Source: Polyangiales bacterium (GTDB lineage: Bacteria; Myxococcota_A; Polyangia; Polyangiales; Houyiibacteriaceae). From it: 64,000 bases of DNA. A program made the translations under genes and the position numbers. The notes below the pieces were generated by a model that made no database searches, was not told where the DNA came from, and worked only from the letters and a program-made list of their open reading frames with translations. Below are positions 46,976 through 56,850 of the stretch, one piece after another. Numbering within the stretch: the stretch's first letter is position 1; each line of letters starts with the position of its first letter. The DNA is taken from assembly GCA_045106895.1 (NCBI GenBank), contig JBGCFM010000049.1, forward strand, positions 32,495-96,494, given 5' to 3'.

Positions 46976-47578
46976 GTGCCCCATGACATTCGCCGATCGA
47001 AGAAGCTCTCCTGGCTGCTCCGTCACGGGGCGACGGAGTCAGGGCTGGCCATGGACGGGGCTGGTTGGTGCGAGGTGGCCGATGTTCTGCGCCAAACGGG
47101 GCTCGAGCCGGCGCAGCTTGAAGACCTAGTTCGAACGAGCAACAAACAACGTCTTCAGTTGCAGGGCGGGAGAGTTCGCGCCTGTCAGGGGCATTCTGCT
47201 GGCACACCCGTTGAGCGCGCCGCCCTGGAAGAGAGCTGGGAGCTGTGGACTCAGGAACAGAGTGTGTGGCACGGCACGTCCCGAGCAGCGCTGGAGTCCA
47301 TCGCCGTCGCGGGCCTCACGCCTCAGACGCGCACCCACGTGCATCTCACGGAGTCCAAGGACAGCACCGTCGCCAAGCGCGCACATGTTGAGGTCAGCCT
47401 TGAGATCAGCCCAGCTCGAACCCGCGCGTCGGGCAACCTGATCTACTGCGCTCCGAACGGTGTTCTGCTTGCTCGCAGCGTTCCGGCGCTCTGCATCGTA
47501 AACCTCTATCCACTGACCAAAGCGACGCGACGCGACGTCGCGGATCTGCGCCGGCTTCTCCACCTCGAGCCTGCCTAG
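46976..47578 (+). CDS. kptA: RNA 2'-phosphotransferase (Tpt1/KptA)
   Basis: SKKLSWLLRH, KQR, RACQGHS, WHGT, RTHVHL, NGV.L motifs; start GTG 46976. Confidence 0.9.
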   Translation: MPHDIRRSKKLSWLLRHGATESGLAMDGAGWCEVADVLRQTGLEPAQLEDLVRTSNKQRLQLQGGRVRACQGHSAGTPVERAALEESWELWTQEQSVWHGTSRAALESIAVAGLTPQTRTHVHLTESKDSTVAKRAHVEVSLEISPARTRASGNLIYCAPNGVLLARSVPALCIVNLYPLTKATRRDVADLRRLLHLEPA

Positions 47579-49137
47579 GCGGAGGGGAGCTCAGCCTTTG
47601 CGATGACATCGGGAACCGGGAGAGTGAATGCCACGTCGGCGCCTCCTTCGTCTGCGTTGCGCGCCCACGCGCGCCCCCCGTGCGCGATGGCGATATGGCG
47701 GACAAGCGCAAGCCCGATGCCCGAACCCCGAACGTTGTCTTTGCGCTTCCCACGGTAGAAGCGGTCGAAGATCCTGCGGTCGTCGCCCGTATGAATGCCG
47801 GGGCCATGGTCTCGAACGTGGATCTGCACGAAATCACGAACGCGCTCGACGGTGACTTCGACGGGGGTGCCCTCGCCGTATTTGACGGCGTTGTCGAGGA
47901 GGTTGATCACCGCGAGCACGATCGCTTGTTCATCCAGCATGAGCGGAGGAAGTGGCTCCGGGATGCGGAGGGTCACGTCCACGCCTTCGTGCTCCACTCG
48001 GTAGCGAAAAGTTTCGATGGCTCCCTGGATGATGCCAGCGAGTTCACCTTCGCGAAGCTCGTATTTCTGTTTCCCGCGTTCGAGCGCCGAGAAGTCGAGG
48101 ACGTTCTCGATGAGCGTGGACAAACGCTCAGACTCCCGACCGATGATCTCCAAATACTGCGTCCGTTTCTGGTCACTGCTGACGCGGCCGGAAAGCAGCA
48201 ACTCGCTGAACATACGCACCACGCTCAGCGGTGTCTTGAGCTCATGAGAGACGTTTGCGATGAAGTCGCCTTTGAGTGTGTTGAGGCGCCTCTCCTGCGC
48301 CGCCGCATAGAGCAAGAGGGTTACGCCGAGGAGCAAGACCGCCAAGGCGATGGCCAGGAGGGCAAGGTCCGACATGCGGCTGGAGCGCCCTTGGGCTTCG
48401 AGTCGCGGCGCTTGCTTCGGCGCGAGCTGCAGCCGCCAGTTGTAGAACGTGGTCGAGAAACGGTGGCCGACGAGGTAGTCGCCGGCGTTGTCGAGGCTTG
48501 GTCCGTAGATGCGGCGATTGTTTTCGCCCACCACGTTGAACTGGCTCTTGCCTTCGTCCGTGGCGAACAAACGCGCCAGCTCTTCACGGACGACCAAGCC
48601 GGTATCGTGGTGCGCCACGATGAAGAAGCGGCTGCCGTTATTGACCACGGGCTTGTAGGCGATGAGAAAGTCTTCGTTGCCGATGCGCCGGTGCAGATGT
48701 TTGAGTCTGCCGCGGCGCAGCGTCTCCGTCTCCATCTCTGGCAATAGGTGGTCGGTGAACACCTTGATGAAGTCTCGGCGGGTCCGTTCATCGCCGCGAA
48801 AGCTGGTGTGCAAAATCGAGCCGGTGTCGTCCAACACCAGCATCGCGCGAATGGAAGGCGTCGTGTCCGCCGCCGTGCGCCGCCAGTCGATGTCGAGCGC
48901 GGCGGGGTCCTGAACGTCCACCAGTCGAAACGCCGCGTTGTCCTGGTCGATGATGTAGCGCTCGATGGTCTGCACCTTCTCGCGCACCAAGAGCAACGTA
49001 TTTTCCGCGATGGTTTGCTCGCCGAGGTCCCGGAATCGTCCGGCGGTGGACCACGTTGTGTACGCAAGGATGCCGCCAGCCGCGAGGATCGCGGGCATGA
49101 GAACGAAGTAGAGCAGGCGGCGGCGCCAAGGGTTCAC
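47575..49137 (-). CDS. Membrane-bound sensor histidine kinase
   Basis: Two TM, periplasmic domain, H-box SHELKTPL, NLLDNAVKY, DHGPGI, GSGIGL. Confidence 0.95.
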   Translation of the reverse strand: MNPWRRRLLYFVLMPAILAAGGILAYTTWSTAGRFRDLGEQTIAENTLLLVREKVQTIERYIIDQDNAAFRLVDVQDPAALDIDWRRTAADTTPSIRAMLVLDDTGSILHTSFRGDERTRRDFIKVFTDHLLPEMETETLRRGRLKHLHRRIGNEDFLIAYKPVVNNGSRFFIVAHHDTGLVVREELARLFATDEGKSQFNVVGENNRRIYGPSLDNAGDYLVGHRFSTTFYNWRLQLAPKQAPRLEAQGRSSRMSDLALLAIALAVLLLGVTLLLYAAAQERRLNTLKGDFIANVSHELKTPLSVVRMFSELLLSGRVSSDQKRTQYLEIIGRESERLSTLIENVLDFSALERGKQKYELREGELAGIIQGAIETFRYRVEHEGVDVTLRIPEPLPPLMLDEQAIVLAVINLLDNAVKYGEGTPVEVTVERVRDFVQIHVRDHGPGIHTGDDRRIFDRFYRGKRKDNVRGSGIGLALVRHIAIAHGGRAWARNADEGGADVAFTLPVPDVIAKAELPSA

Positions 49138-49191
49138 CCGCGGAGCATGCCGCGCGTCACCCCTTGATGCACGCGGCGTGAACTCAAAGCG

Positions 49192-51591
49192 CTACTGAAC
49201 GGTGCAGAAGCGGTCGAGACTCTGCAGGTTGTTCTCCGCGCGACACTGAGGTGTCCCGGCGGGGGGCGTCGCGACGGCAAAGGCTCCCGTCTCGGGGTCG
49301 TCGATGGCGCCACGCATTTCGTCAGGAACGTCGAACTCGAGGACTTGGCTCTGGGCCGGGTAGAGCGTCTGCGTGGTCAGCTGCGAAGCGATGAGGCGCT
49401 CTGCTGCGGGCTCGGTCCCAGGGCCTGAGTACAAGTCCACAGTCACGCCGGAGGGCAGCACGGACTCTCCAAGGTTGCGCACGGTCACGGAGATTGCGCG
49501 TGTTCCGCAAATGGGCAGAAGGCTCAGAACGACGTCGGGAGCAGCGTCTTCGTTCCCGGGCTGGCGGTTTAGGCGGAAGTTGTTGAGGTCAGGGGCGTTC
49601 CAGTTGGCTTCTTCCTCCTGCGGGATGCTGCCGTCTTCGCCAACGTTCGTAATGTGGTAGGCGTGCTGGTTCCACACGCGGCGTGTCCGAACCCAGTCGC
49701 CGCCTTGTGAGCTAAATACCCGCACGCCGGACGTGGCGTCCGCGGTGTCCGGCGCTCCGCAGTTTCGATAGCGCGCGTTGCTCACAACGACGATGTCCGC
49801 TTGGCCGTCGTTGTCCACGTCCGCCACGATGGGTTGCTCAAGGATCGTCCCGTTGGTGTTGCAGGTTTCGAAGAGAACCGTTCCGTCGGCGCCGCCATAG
49901 ATTCGAAAGAACTGTTCGTCGGCGTAGAGAACCTCGGCGAGTCCGTCGCCGTTGAAGTCGAAGACGCTGCTTCCTGTCTGAGCAGAGCTACAGTCCACGG
50001 TTGGCGTTGCCCACAAGAAGATGTCGTCGGCGGAGGTGAGCGCCGGGTTGATGAGCGAGGCCCCATCGAGGACCGCGTAGCCGACGCCCCCCGCGATGGC
50101 GATGTCGGGAATGCCGTCGTCGTTGACGTTCGCCGCCGTCGGGGGTCCGCCGCCGCCGTCAAAACCTGCGGTGGACGCTCCACATCGCGCGGGGTCGAGG
50201 TTCCCATTGATGTCGAGGTCCTCGCGCAGGTATTGGACTTCGCCGTCGACGAGGTTCCACACATCCAGCAAATGGTTGTTCGCCGTGACGGAAACGATCT
50301 CGGGTCCACCCATCCCATCGAGCTGAGCGACGAGAACGTGGTCGGCGAATCGGGGGCCATCGGCGATGCGAACAAGGGCCCCATCCACAAGGTCAAACAC
50401 AGCGTCCGCGAAGACGAGCTCTAGGTCGTGCGCGTCGTCGTTGTCCACGTCGGCGGCGATACCATAGCCGTCCGGCGCACCGCCGTCGGGCATTGGGTAT
50501 TCCATCTCTCCGGTCTCGCCGTCGATGAGACCGTCCAACGTGAGAATTTCGACGTCACCGTCCTGATCGACGTCGAAGAGCGAGGGCATGGCGCAGTTGC
50601 GACCGCGTCGTTCGAGAGGCCGGTCCCAAAGAAGCACGAGCCCATCCTCGCCGACGCCGTACGCGCTCATCGAGAGACGTCCCTGAGAGCAGATGAGGAT
50701 TTCGTTGCCTTCGGACGAGTGAAAGTCGCCGGCGGCGGGGTACGTCCATGGAGCTGCGACGCCTGGCACGCGCCATTTCTCGGTGAGCTCTCCTTCTTCG
50801 ACGGAGAGCACGACGAGGTCTCCGACGGCGAGCTCGTTCATTGAGCGATCTGTGTCATCGGGGCTCGTGATGACGACGATCTCTGGGACGTCGCGCGCCG
50901 TGATGCGACCGTCGCAGTCATCGTCGTCGAGATTGATGACGATGGGCGAGTTGCGCACATCGAAGACATTGGGCGGCGCTCGGTCTCCGTCGAAGCCGCC
51001 CCAGGAGTAAGCGAGCTGAACTTCCAAGGCGCCGCTCGGGGGATTGAAGCGGCACTCGCTGACGCACTCCGGCGATGCTGGGTCAGGAGTGGTTCCGTCA
51101 GGACACGCGGGAGGCGACGGCAAGCAGCGACCATTGGTCGTCGGTGCAGCACCGCACATGTCGAGGGACTCTCCGAGGCGTGGCTCGCAGTATTCGTCGT
51201 CGCCGCAGTCTTCTTCCCCCGCACACGTGTCGCCGGGGGTCACGCAGACATTGAACGAGCACACGTCCGAAGAAGCGCAACAAACGCCGCCGCAGCTGGA
51301 GGCTGCCGCGCAGCACGCGCCGTCGATGCAGTCGCCATCACCGCAGTCCTCCGCGCAGGCCGGGCCTGCGTCCTCAGCGCCGGCGGCGTCGAGTTCCGGT
51401 TCGTTCGCGTCCCGCGTTCCCGCGTCACCGCCCGTCGTTCCGCACATGCCGTCGATGCAGACGAGGCCATCGGTGCAGTCCATGTCCCGCGTACAGGAGC
51501 CGTCTCCGCTGTCATCGTCGCCGCAGGCGGCCGTGAGAAGAATGAGAAGACAGAGGCTGTGTCGGAGCATGCCGATGAGTGTAGAGCGCAT
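49192..51591 (-). CDS. Cys-rich lipoprotein with FG-GAP/VCBS Ca-binding beta-propeller and C-terminal CARDB-like domain
   Basis: LTAAC lipobox; DVDQDGD, DFNGDG, DVDNDG repeats; WVRTRRVWNQHAYHITNV; TVRNLG..V; start ambiguous (51612/51591/51570). Confidence 0.85.
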   Translation of the reverse strand: MRSTLIGMLRHSLCLLILLTAACGDDDSGDGSCTRDMDCTDGLVCIDGMCGTTGGDAGTRDANEPELDAAGAEDAGPACAEDCGDGDCIDGACCAAASSCGGVCCASSDVCSFNVCVTPGDTCAGEEDCGDDEYCEPRLGESLDMCGAAPTTNGRCLPSPPACPDGTTPDPASPECVSECRFNPPSGALEVQLAYSWGGFDGDRAPPNVFDVRNSPIVINLDDDDCDGRITARDVPEIVVITSPDDTDRSMNELAVGDLVVLSVEEGELTEKWRVPGVAAPWTYPAAGDFHSSEGNEILICSQGRLSMSAYGVGEDGLVLLWDRPLERRGRNCAMPSLFDVDQDGDVEILTLDGLIDGETGEMEYPMPDGGAPDGYGIAADVDNDDAHDLELVFADAVFDLVDGALVRIADGPRFADHVLVAQLDGMGGPEIVSVTANNHLLDVWNLVDGEVQYLREDLDINGNLDPARCGASTAGFDGGGGPPTAANVNDDGIPDIAIAGGVGYAVLDGASLINPALTSADDIFLWATPTVDCSSAQTGSSVFDFNGDGLAEVLYADEQFFRIYGGADGTVLFETCNTNGTILEQPIVADVDNDGQADIVVVSNARYRNCGAPDTADATSGVRVFSSQGGDWVRTRRVWNQHAYHITNVGEDGSIPQEEEANWNAPDLNNFRLNRQPGNEDAAPDVVLSLLPICGTRAISVTVRNLGESVLPSGVTVDLYSGPGTEPAAERLIASQLTTQTLYPAQSQVLEFDVPDEMRGAIDDPETGAFAVATPPAGTPQCRAENNLQSLDRFCTVQ

Positions 51592-51631
51592 CTCATCGCT
51601 ACGCACGATCACATTGCGGCGAGAGCATGCC

Positions 51632-51712
51632 GCCTTCGCTCATCGCCTCAGCTCAAAAATGCATCACAGTTCATCGCGTCGCGGACAGCAAAATTAAAAA
51701 GCACTCTGACCA
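51632..51712 (+). repeat. ~80-bp dispersed intergenic element, copy B
   Basis: 68/81 identity to the reverse complement of 35231-35309. Confidence 0.85.
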
Positions 51713-51766
51713 AGACGTGGCCTCGCGCAGTGATGCGATGCGCTTCCGACGGCGGCTGGGCCGACG

Positions 51767-52771
51767 TTAGATTCGCTCCTCTTTCAACGGCCGCGTCATC
51801 AGCTCCACCATCGCCACCTCTGGGGGCTTGTCCTCATGAAGGATTTGGTAGACTTGCTCGGCGATAGGCATCTCGACGCCTTCGCGCTTCGACAGCGCAT
51901 GTGCGCTCTTCGCCGTCATGACACCTTCGGCGACCATTCCGAGCTCCTCGAGGATCTGTGGGAGCTTCTTTCCCTGGCCGAGCGCGATGCCAACACGCCG
52001 ATTGCGCGAGAGGTCGCCGGTGCAGGTCAGCACGAGGTCGCCCATTCCGCCGAGGCCAGCAAGAGTCAAGGGGTTGCCTCCGAGCTTGACGGCCATGCGC
52101 GTCAGCTCCGCGAGTCCTCTTGTGATAATCGCCGCGCGCGTGTTGTGACCAAAGTTCATTCCGTCGGCGATGCCCGCCGCGATGGCCATCACGTTCTTGA
52201 GTGCACCACCGACTTCCACGCCGATGACGTCGTCGGTGGTGTACACACGGAAGCGCTCCGTGTTGAGCCACTCTTGAACGCTCAATCGAGTCGCCTCGTC
52301 GTGCCCTGCGACAGCGACGACCGTCGGAACCGCTTCGGTGACCTCTCGTGCAAAGCTTGGCCCGCCGAGATAGGTGAGGGAGCCATGCCGTGACTCCGGG
52401 AAGATCTCTTCAAAGATCCCCGAGACCAACTTGAGCGAGCCCTGCTCGATGCCCTTCGTTGCGCTCAGAACGGGCACCCCCTCGGCGATCATCGGGACGG
52501 CGTCCTTAAGAACGGGGCGGTTGGCGGAGGTGGGAACCGCGACGATGACAAAGTCCGCGCCTTCCAGAACCTCCTTCATGTCCGAGGTGGCGCGAAGGCA
52601 CTCCGGCAGCACGGCCTCTTTGAGGTAGCTCGGGTTGCGGTGGTCACGATTGATCGCGTCCGCCTGTTCTTGGCGACGAGACCACAGTCGCGTCTCCACC
52701 CCTTGATCAGCGACGAGCTTTGCGAGGGCGGTCCCCCATGATCCTGCGCCTAGGACGCCTACACTTTTCAT
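51767..52771 (-). CDS. gpsA: NAD(P)H-dependent glycerol-3-phosphate dehydrogenase
   Basis: GAGSWGTALA, ATKGIE, GGALKNV.AI, GDLVLTCTG..SRN. Confidence 0.97.
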   Translation of the reverse strand: MKSVGVLGAGSWGTALAKLVADQGVETRLWSRRQEQADAINRDHRNPSYLKEAVLPECLRATSDMKEVLEGADFVIVAVPTSANRPVLKDAVPMIAEGVPVLSATKGIEQGSLKLVSGIFEEIFPESRHGSLTYLGGPSFAREVTEAVPTVVAVAGHDEATRLSVQEWLNTERFRVYTTDDVIGVEVGGALKNVMAIAAGIADGMNFGHNTRAAIITRGLAELTRMAVKLGGNPLTLAGLGGMGDLVLTCTGDLSRNRRVGIALGQGKKLPQILEELGMVAEGVMTAKSAHALSKREGVEMPIAEQVYQILHEDKPPEVAMVELMTRPLKEERI

Positions 52772-52828
52772 TCGCGAAGTATGGCACAGGCGCTCCCAGC
52801 GCGTGCGCTCGTTTTCGCGAGTCGGGGC

Positions 52829-54013
52829 TCAGGGAGCCCAGTAGCTTTCCATGCCAACGGACAGGTGCGTGATGCGAATGCGCCGCCAATGTTCAAAAGG
52901 AAGTAAGTCCACGCAGGAGTCGTCATTCACATTGAGTCGAACGATGCGCGAGGCCTGGCGGTCGTCGATGGACTGTTCGCAAGCCACGTAGACGTGGTCC
53001 CTGGAAATGGGGTCCGGGGCGGCGGAGCCGTATCGGCAACCTTCGTAGTCGGCTCCTTGGCACGTAAGGGGCGCCGGCGTGTTGTTGAGCAACCGAGTTT
53101 CGTTCGCGACATGACGTACTCCTTGGGAGCCGCTCACCACGGTGCGGTGCAGACCATCCGCATAGAAAGCTTCGATCTTGCCGCGCTGTCCGTCGGCGAA
53201 ATGCATGAGGTCTTCAACACGGTCTTCCCAGAACAGCCGATTGATGGACGGGTAGTTGAGCTCCGAGGCGCGAAAGCCGCGCCGGTTGTTGGGGTCTTGG
53301 GTGACGTTGTCGGTGGTGATGGTCGTGGGATCCCCGAAGTCCTGGGCCTCGATGACTCCGTCCGCGCTGACGACGTAGATACGCTTGCCGCCACCCGCGC
53401 CGGCTCTTCCCGCAAGGAGCACTCCCACCGGCGCCGAGTCGACCGCTTCGCCCTCCACGATGAAGCTATCCACGGCGCCGTTCCCGTCGAGATAGAGTTC
53501 TGACCTCGCGCCTCCGAAGGTGAACATGCGCGCGCTCGTTCCCACGAGGACGGTTCCGCCGGGGATGTACGACACCGTCGTCGGATAGTCGTCGTCGCGT
53601 GTTTGATAGCCTGTGCACGCACAAGCCCCAGCTTCCGAAAGCGAGTAGCGAAACACCCGACCTCCACAGCGGGCGTCACCAAAGACGTCCTGCGCCGTGG
53701 CGAGAAGCCAAGGGAGCTCGCATAAGCCAGCGCACGGGTTTGGTGGTTCGCAGCGGTCTTGAGGCGTGCTCGCGTCGCCGCTCGCGTCGACGAAGGTCGT
53801 GTCTTGGGCAGGAGCGTCCGGGAAAGAAGCGTCCGCGGCTGCACCGTCTCGACGCGATGTGCCGCCGTCCGTATCGTCGACCTCAAACCCTTCGCTGCAG
53901 CCGCAAAGCAGGTACACCACAGCTAGGGCCGCGTGCCTGAAACCTGAACGTGAGCGCACCCTGGCGTTGCGAACTCGGGCCACTCGTTTCGTCATTTGCG
54001 CAGTATAGATCAT
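52829..54013 (-). CDS. Hypothetical lipoprotein (start uncertain, possibly GTG 53959)
   Basis: LLCGC lipobox, DA/DG-rich linker, Cys-containing beta-rich domain. Confidence 0.65.
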   Translation of the reverse strand: MIYTAQMTKRVARVRNARVRSRSGFRHAALAVVYLLCGCSEGFEVDDTDGGTSRRDGAAADASFPDAPAQDTTFVDASGDASTPQDRCEPPNPCAGLCELPWLLATAQDVFGDARCGGRVFRYSLSEAGACACTGYQTRDDDYPTTVSYIPGGTVLVGTSARMFTFGGARSELYLDGNGAVDSFIVEGEAVDSAPVGVLLAGRAGAGGGKRIYVVSADGVIEAQDFGDPTTITTDNVTQDPNNRRGFRASELNYPSINRLFWEDRVEDLMHFADGQRGKIEAFYADGLHRTVVSGSQGVRHVANETRLLNNTPAPLTCQGADYEGCRYGSAAPDPISRDHVYVACEQSIDDRQASRIVRLNVNDDSCVDLLPFEHWRRIRITHLSVGMESYWAP

Positions 54014-54040
54014 GGAGTCCGCGAACTGTTACGCTCGGGG

Positions 54041-54613
54041 ATGACCGAATCTCCCCAGTACTCTCCGCGTTTGGACCAAGCGATCGCCCTCGCGACGGAC
54101 GCATTCCGACCGGTGATTCGAAAAGGAAGCGGAGTTCCTTATCTGACGCACCTCCTCCAGGTTCTTGTCACCGTCGGGGAGCATCATGGTGATGAAGACC
54201 AGATGATCGCCGCGGTGCTCCACGACTACCTTGAGGACATCGAGTCCGGAAGCGGTGAGAAGCTTGAGACCAAGTTCGGGCCTCGAGTGAGGCGCCTGGT
54301 GGAAGCACTCAGCGACACGACGGTGCTGCCGAAACCGCCTTGGAAAGAACGAAAGGTCGAATACCTCGCACACCTCAAAGAGGCGCCGGCGGACGTGAAA
54401 CTCATCAGCGCAGCGGACAAACTCCACAACGCGCGCTCGATTCTTCGTGATCACCGCACCGTGGGAGAGGAGATCTGGGAGCGCTTCTCGGCGCCCAAAG
54501 AAGGGACGCTTTGGTACTACGCGTCCGTTGTCACGTCTCTTTCCACGGGCTGGAGTCATCCTCTTCTCGAGGAGCTTCGTCGGAGCGTCGACGAGCTTCA
54601 CCAGCTGAAGTAA
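54041..54613 (+). CDS. Stand-alone RelA/SpoT-type HD hydrolase (Mesh1/small alarmone hydrolase-like)
   Basis: RKGSGVPYLTH, AAVLHDYLED, ADKLHN motifs; no synthetase domain. Confidence 0.88.
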   Translation: MTESPQYSPRLDQAIALATDAFRPVIRKGSGVPYLTHLLQVLVTVGEHHGDEDQMIAAVLHDYLEDIESGSGEKLETKFGPRVRRLVEALSDTTVLPKPPWKERKVEYLAHLKEAPADVKLISAADKLHNARSILRDHRTVGEEIWERFSAPKEGTLWYYASVVTSLSTGWSHPLLEELRRSVDELHQLK

Positions 54614-54686
54614 CGCGTGCGCTCACGCACGTAAGCGGGACTCGTCGCTGGCGACACCAGGACACTTAGATAACGGTTGATATCTA

Positions 54687-56351
54687 ATGTGCTATTCAGA
54701 CCGGCCAAATCAACCTCTACTCCTGCTTCTTCTCTTGTGCGCAGCCATGGCGGCGTGTGGGGACGACGTGGAACCCAGCGATGCCGGCGCGTTCTTGGAC
54801 GCACCGCTGGATATCGGGGCGACGAACCCGGACGCCGAAGCGCAGGACGCCGGAGTGGACACCGGAGCCCCCGCGGACTGTGATCCTGGCGTCGCCGTGG
54901 ACTGCGCGAGCGACACCCAGCAGCGCATCTGCGTCACGGTGGGCGACGAGCAGTTCATTCAGCAGCGAGCCTGTGCGGAGGAAAGCTCATGTCTTCACGG
55001 AACGTGCGCGACGGCCGAACAGCTCGAAGGCGCGGCTCAAATCCGAACGTATATCCAGCAAGTCAAAGACACGTCGGGGCACCCTTTCGACGAAGACTAC
55101 GTGGCTCTCGAGGAAGAAGCGCTTCGCGTGCTGCTCTCTGAGTCGAGCGTGGAGACGGGCATCATTCGCGGCGCCGTTCGCTTCGCACTCTCCTACCAGC
55201 AGGGACACCAGAGCCTCACTTTTAGCCGCGGCGATGACTCGCTCTGCGGCGACGCGGACAGCTACGCTTATACCGCACAGACGTTCTACGCAGGCGTGTG
55301 CGGCAGCGCCCTCGGTGACGAAGTCCTCGTGATGAGCGCTCCCCCCGGCAACGCCTTGGGTCTGTCGCCGGGTGACGTCATCGTATCGACGAGCGCATGG
55401 CCTGGAGGAGAGAACTTCCTGAGCGACGTCGCCGGCGTGGCTTCGTGTCTGACGCGTGTCGGCGCGAGTTCCGCGTCGGAACGCGGTGAAGCGGCGGCGA
55501 GCTTCTTCGGCCGAATCGGCGAAGGCATGACCCTCGAGGTTCGGGATCCCGCCGGGGCGATCCGAAGCGTCTCGGTTCCTCCGCGCGAGACGGATATTGA
55601 AGCCGGCGAAGACTATTGCCTCAACCCCTTCGGCGGCTACGACTTCGTCGAGGCCGATTTTACGCTTCGCCCAGATGGCGTGTCTGTCATCCGTGTCGCG
55701 ACGCTCCGTCCGGAAGGGCCTTGGCCTGATGCTGCTACGTACTATCGCGAGGTACAGAACTTCTTGGACCGCGTCGGAGGTGCGCTCAACTTGGTCCCCG
55801 AAGGCGGGCCGATCATCTGGGACGTTCGAGGCAACAGCGGCGGAGCGGCCGAGGTCGCGCTGGGGATCGTGGCGGGGATGCCTGGGGCGACGACGACGGA
55901 GTTCTCGCGGGCTTTCTGGCGAATCGACGAGACGGACCCGCCGGAATGGGAGACGGAGCCGGAGAGTCAGCAGTCGTTTACGATGCGCGTGGAGGACGAC
56001 CTGGTGACGAACCACCGGGATCATGCCGTCGCGGTCTTGGTCAACTCTCAGACCCTGAGCGCCGGCGACGTCTTCGCCTACGCCGCGAAGAACTTCACGG
56101 ACGCGCTCCTCGTGGGACCCGAGGGGACGTCGGGGATCTTCGGGTTTGGTGGACGCCCCTTCGTGACCGTGGAAGGCACGACCCTCGATTTGAACCATCG
56201 GGTTGACCCGTTCCGTGTCGTGACGCCAAGCGGCGAGCCTCTTGAGCGGGCAAGCGTCGAGCCCGACATGGTTGTCCCCTATTTGCCAGAGGACGTGGCT
56301 GCAGGGCGCGACACAGTCGTCGAAGCCGCGGCTGCGGCGCTGCTCCGCTAA
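54687..56351 (+). CDS. S41-family peptidase lipoprotein with PDZ-like insert
   Basis: AMAAC lipobox; GLSPGDVIV (PDZ-like); DVRGNSGG; VLVNSQTLSAGDVF catalytic Ser region; VEPD. Confidence 0.82.
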   Translation: MCYSDRPNQPLLLLLLLCAAMAACGDDVEPSDAGAFLDAPLDIGATNPDAEAQDAGVDTGAPADCDPGVAVDCASDTQQRICVTVGDEQFIQQRACAEESSCLHGTCATAEQLEGAAQIRTYIQQVKDTSGHPFDEDYVALEEEALRVLLSESSVETGIIRGAVRFALSYQQGHQSLTFSRGDDSLCGDADSYAYTAQTFYAGVCGSALGDEVLVMSAPPGNALGLSPGDVIVSTSAWPGGENFLSDVAGVASCLTRVGASSASERGEAAASFFGRIGEGMTLEVRDPAGAIRSVSVPPRETDIEAGEDYCLNPFGGYDFVEADFTLRPDGVSVIRVATLRPEGPWPDAATYYREVQNFLDRVGGALNLVPEGGPIIWDVRGNSGGAAEVALGIVAGMPGATTTEFSRAFWRIDETDPPEWETEPESQQSFTMRVEDDLVTNHRDHAVAVLVNSQTLSAGDVFAYAAKNFTDALLVGPEGTSGIFGFGGRPFVTVEGTTLDLNHRVDPFRVVTPSGEPLERASVEPDMVVPYLPEDVAAGRDTVVEAAAAALLR

Positions 56352-56419
56352 GTCGGCTTAAGCGATAGTTAAGCGGGGCTTTGTTGCCCGCTCCGAGCGT
56401 CCTTGTTAACTTGCCGGCT

Positions 56420-56833
56420 ATGGATAAAAACCGACGTAAATTCCTTCACACCTCACTTCTTCTCGGTGCAGGCACCGCGCTGCTTTCAGCATGCGGAGAC
56501 GACGACGGAATGGTGATGACCGACTCCGGGCCGGCCGGTAGCGACAGTGGCCCTGCCATGGACAGCGGTCCCGCCACGGACAGCGGTCCTTCCGGCTGTG
56601 CCACACCCGATGGAACGATCTCCGCCAATCACGGTCACACCGTGTCGGTCCCCGCCGCTGACATCGCCGCAGGTGCGGATGTGACCTACGATATTCAGGG
56701 TAGCAGCGGCCACGAGCACTCGGTCACAGTGACGGCGGCGGACTTCGCCACGCTCGCGGCGGGCACCGCGATTACCGTCGAGTCCTCGAACGGTGCCGGT
56801 CACACGCACAGCGTCACGATCACCTGCGCGTAA
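56420..56833 (+). CDS. Tat-exported His-rich lipoprotein (putative metal-binding)
   Basis: NRRKFL twin-arginine signal + LSAC lipobox; DSGP repeats; NHGH, GHEH, GHTH motifs. Confidence 0.78.
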   Translation: MDKNRRKFLHTSLLLGAGTALLSACGDDDGMVMTDSGPAGSDSGPAMDSGPATDSGPSGCATPDGTISANHGHTVSVPAADIAAGADVTYDIQGSSGHEHSVTVTAADFATLAAGTAITVESSNGAGHTHSVTITCA

Positions 56834-56850
56834 AGTCTGAACCACCCCCT

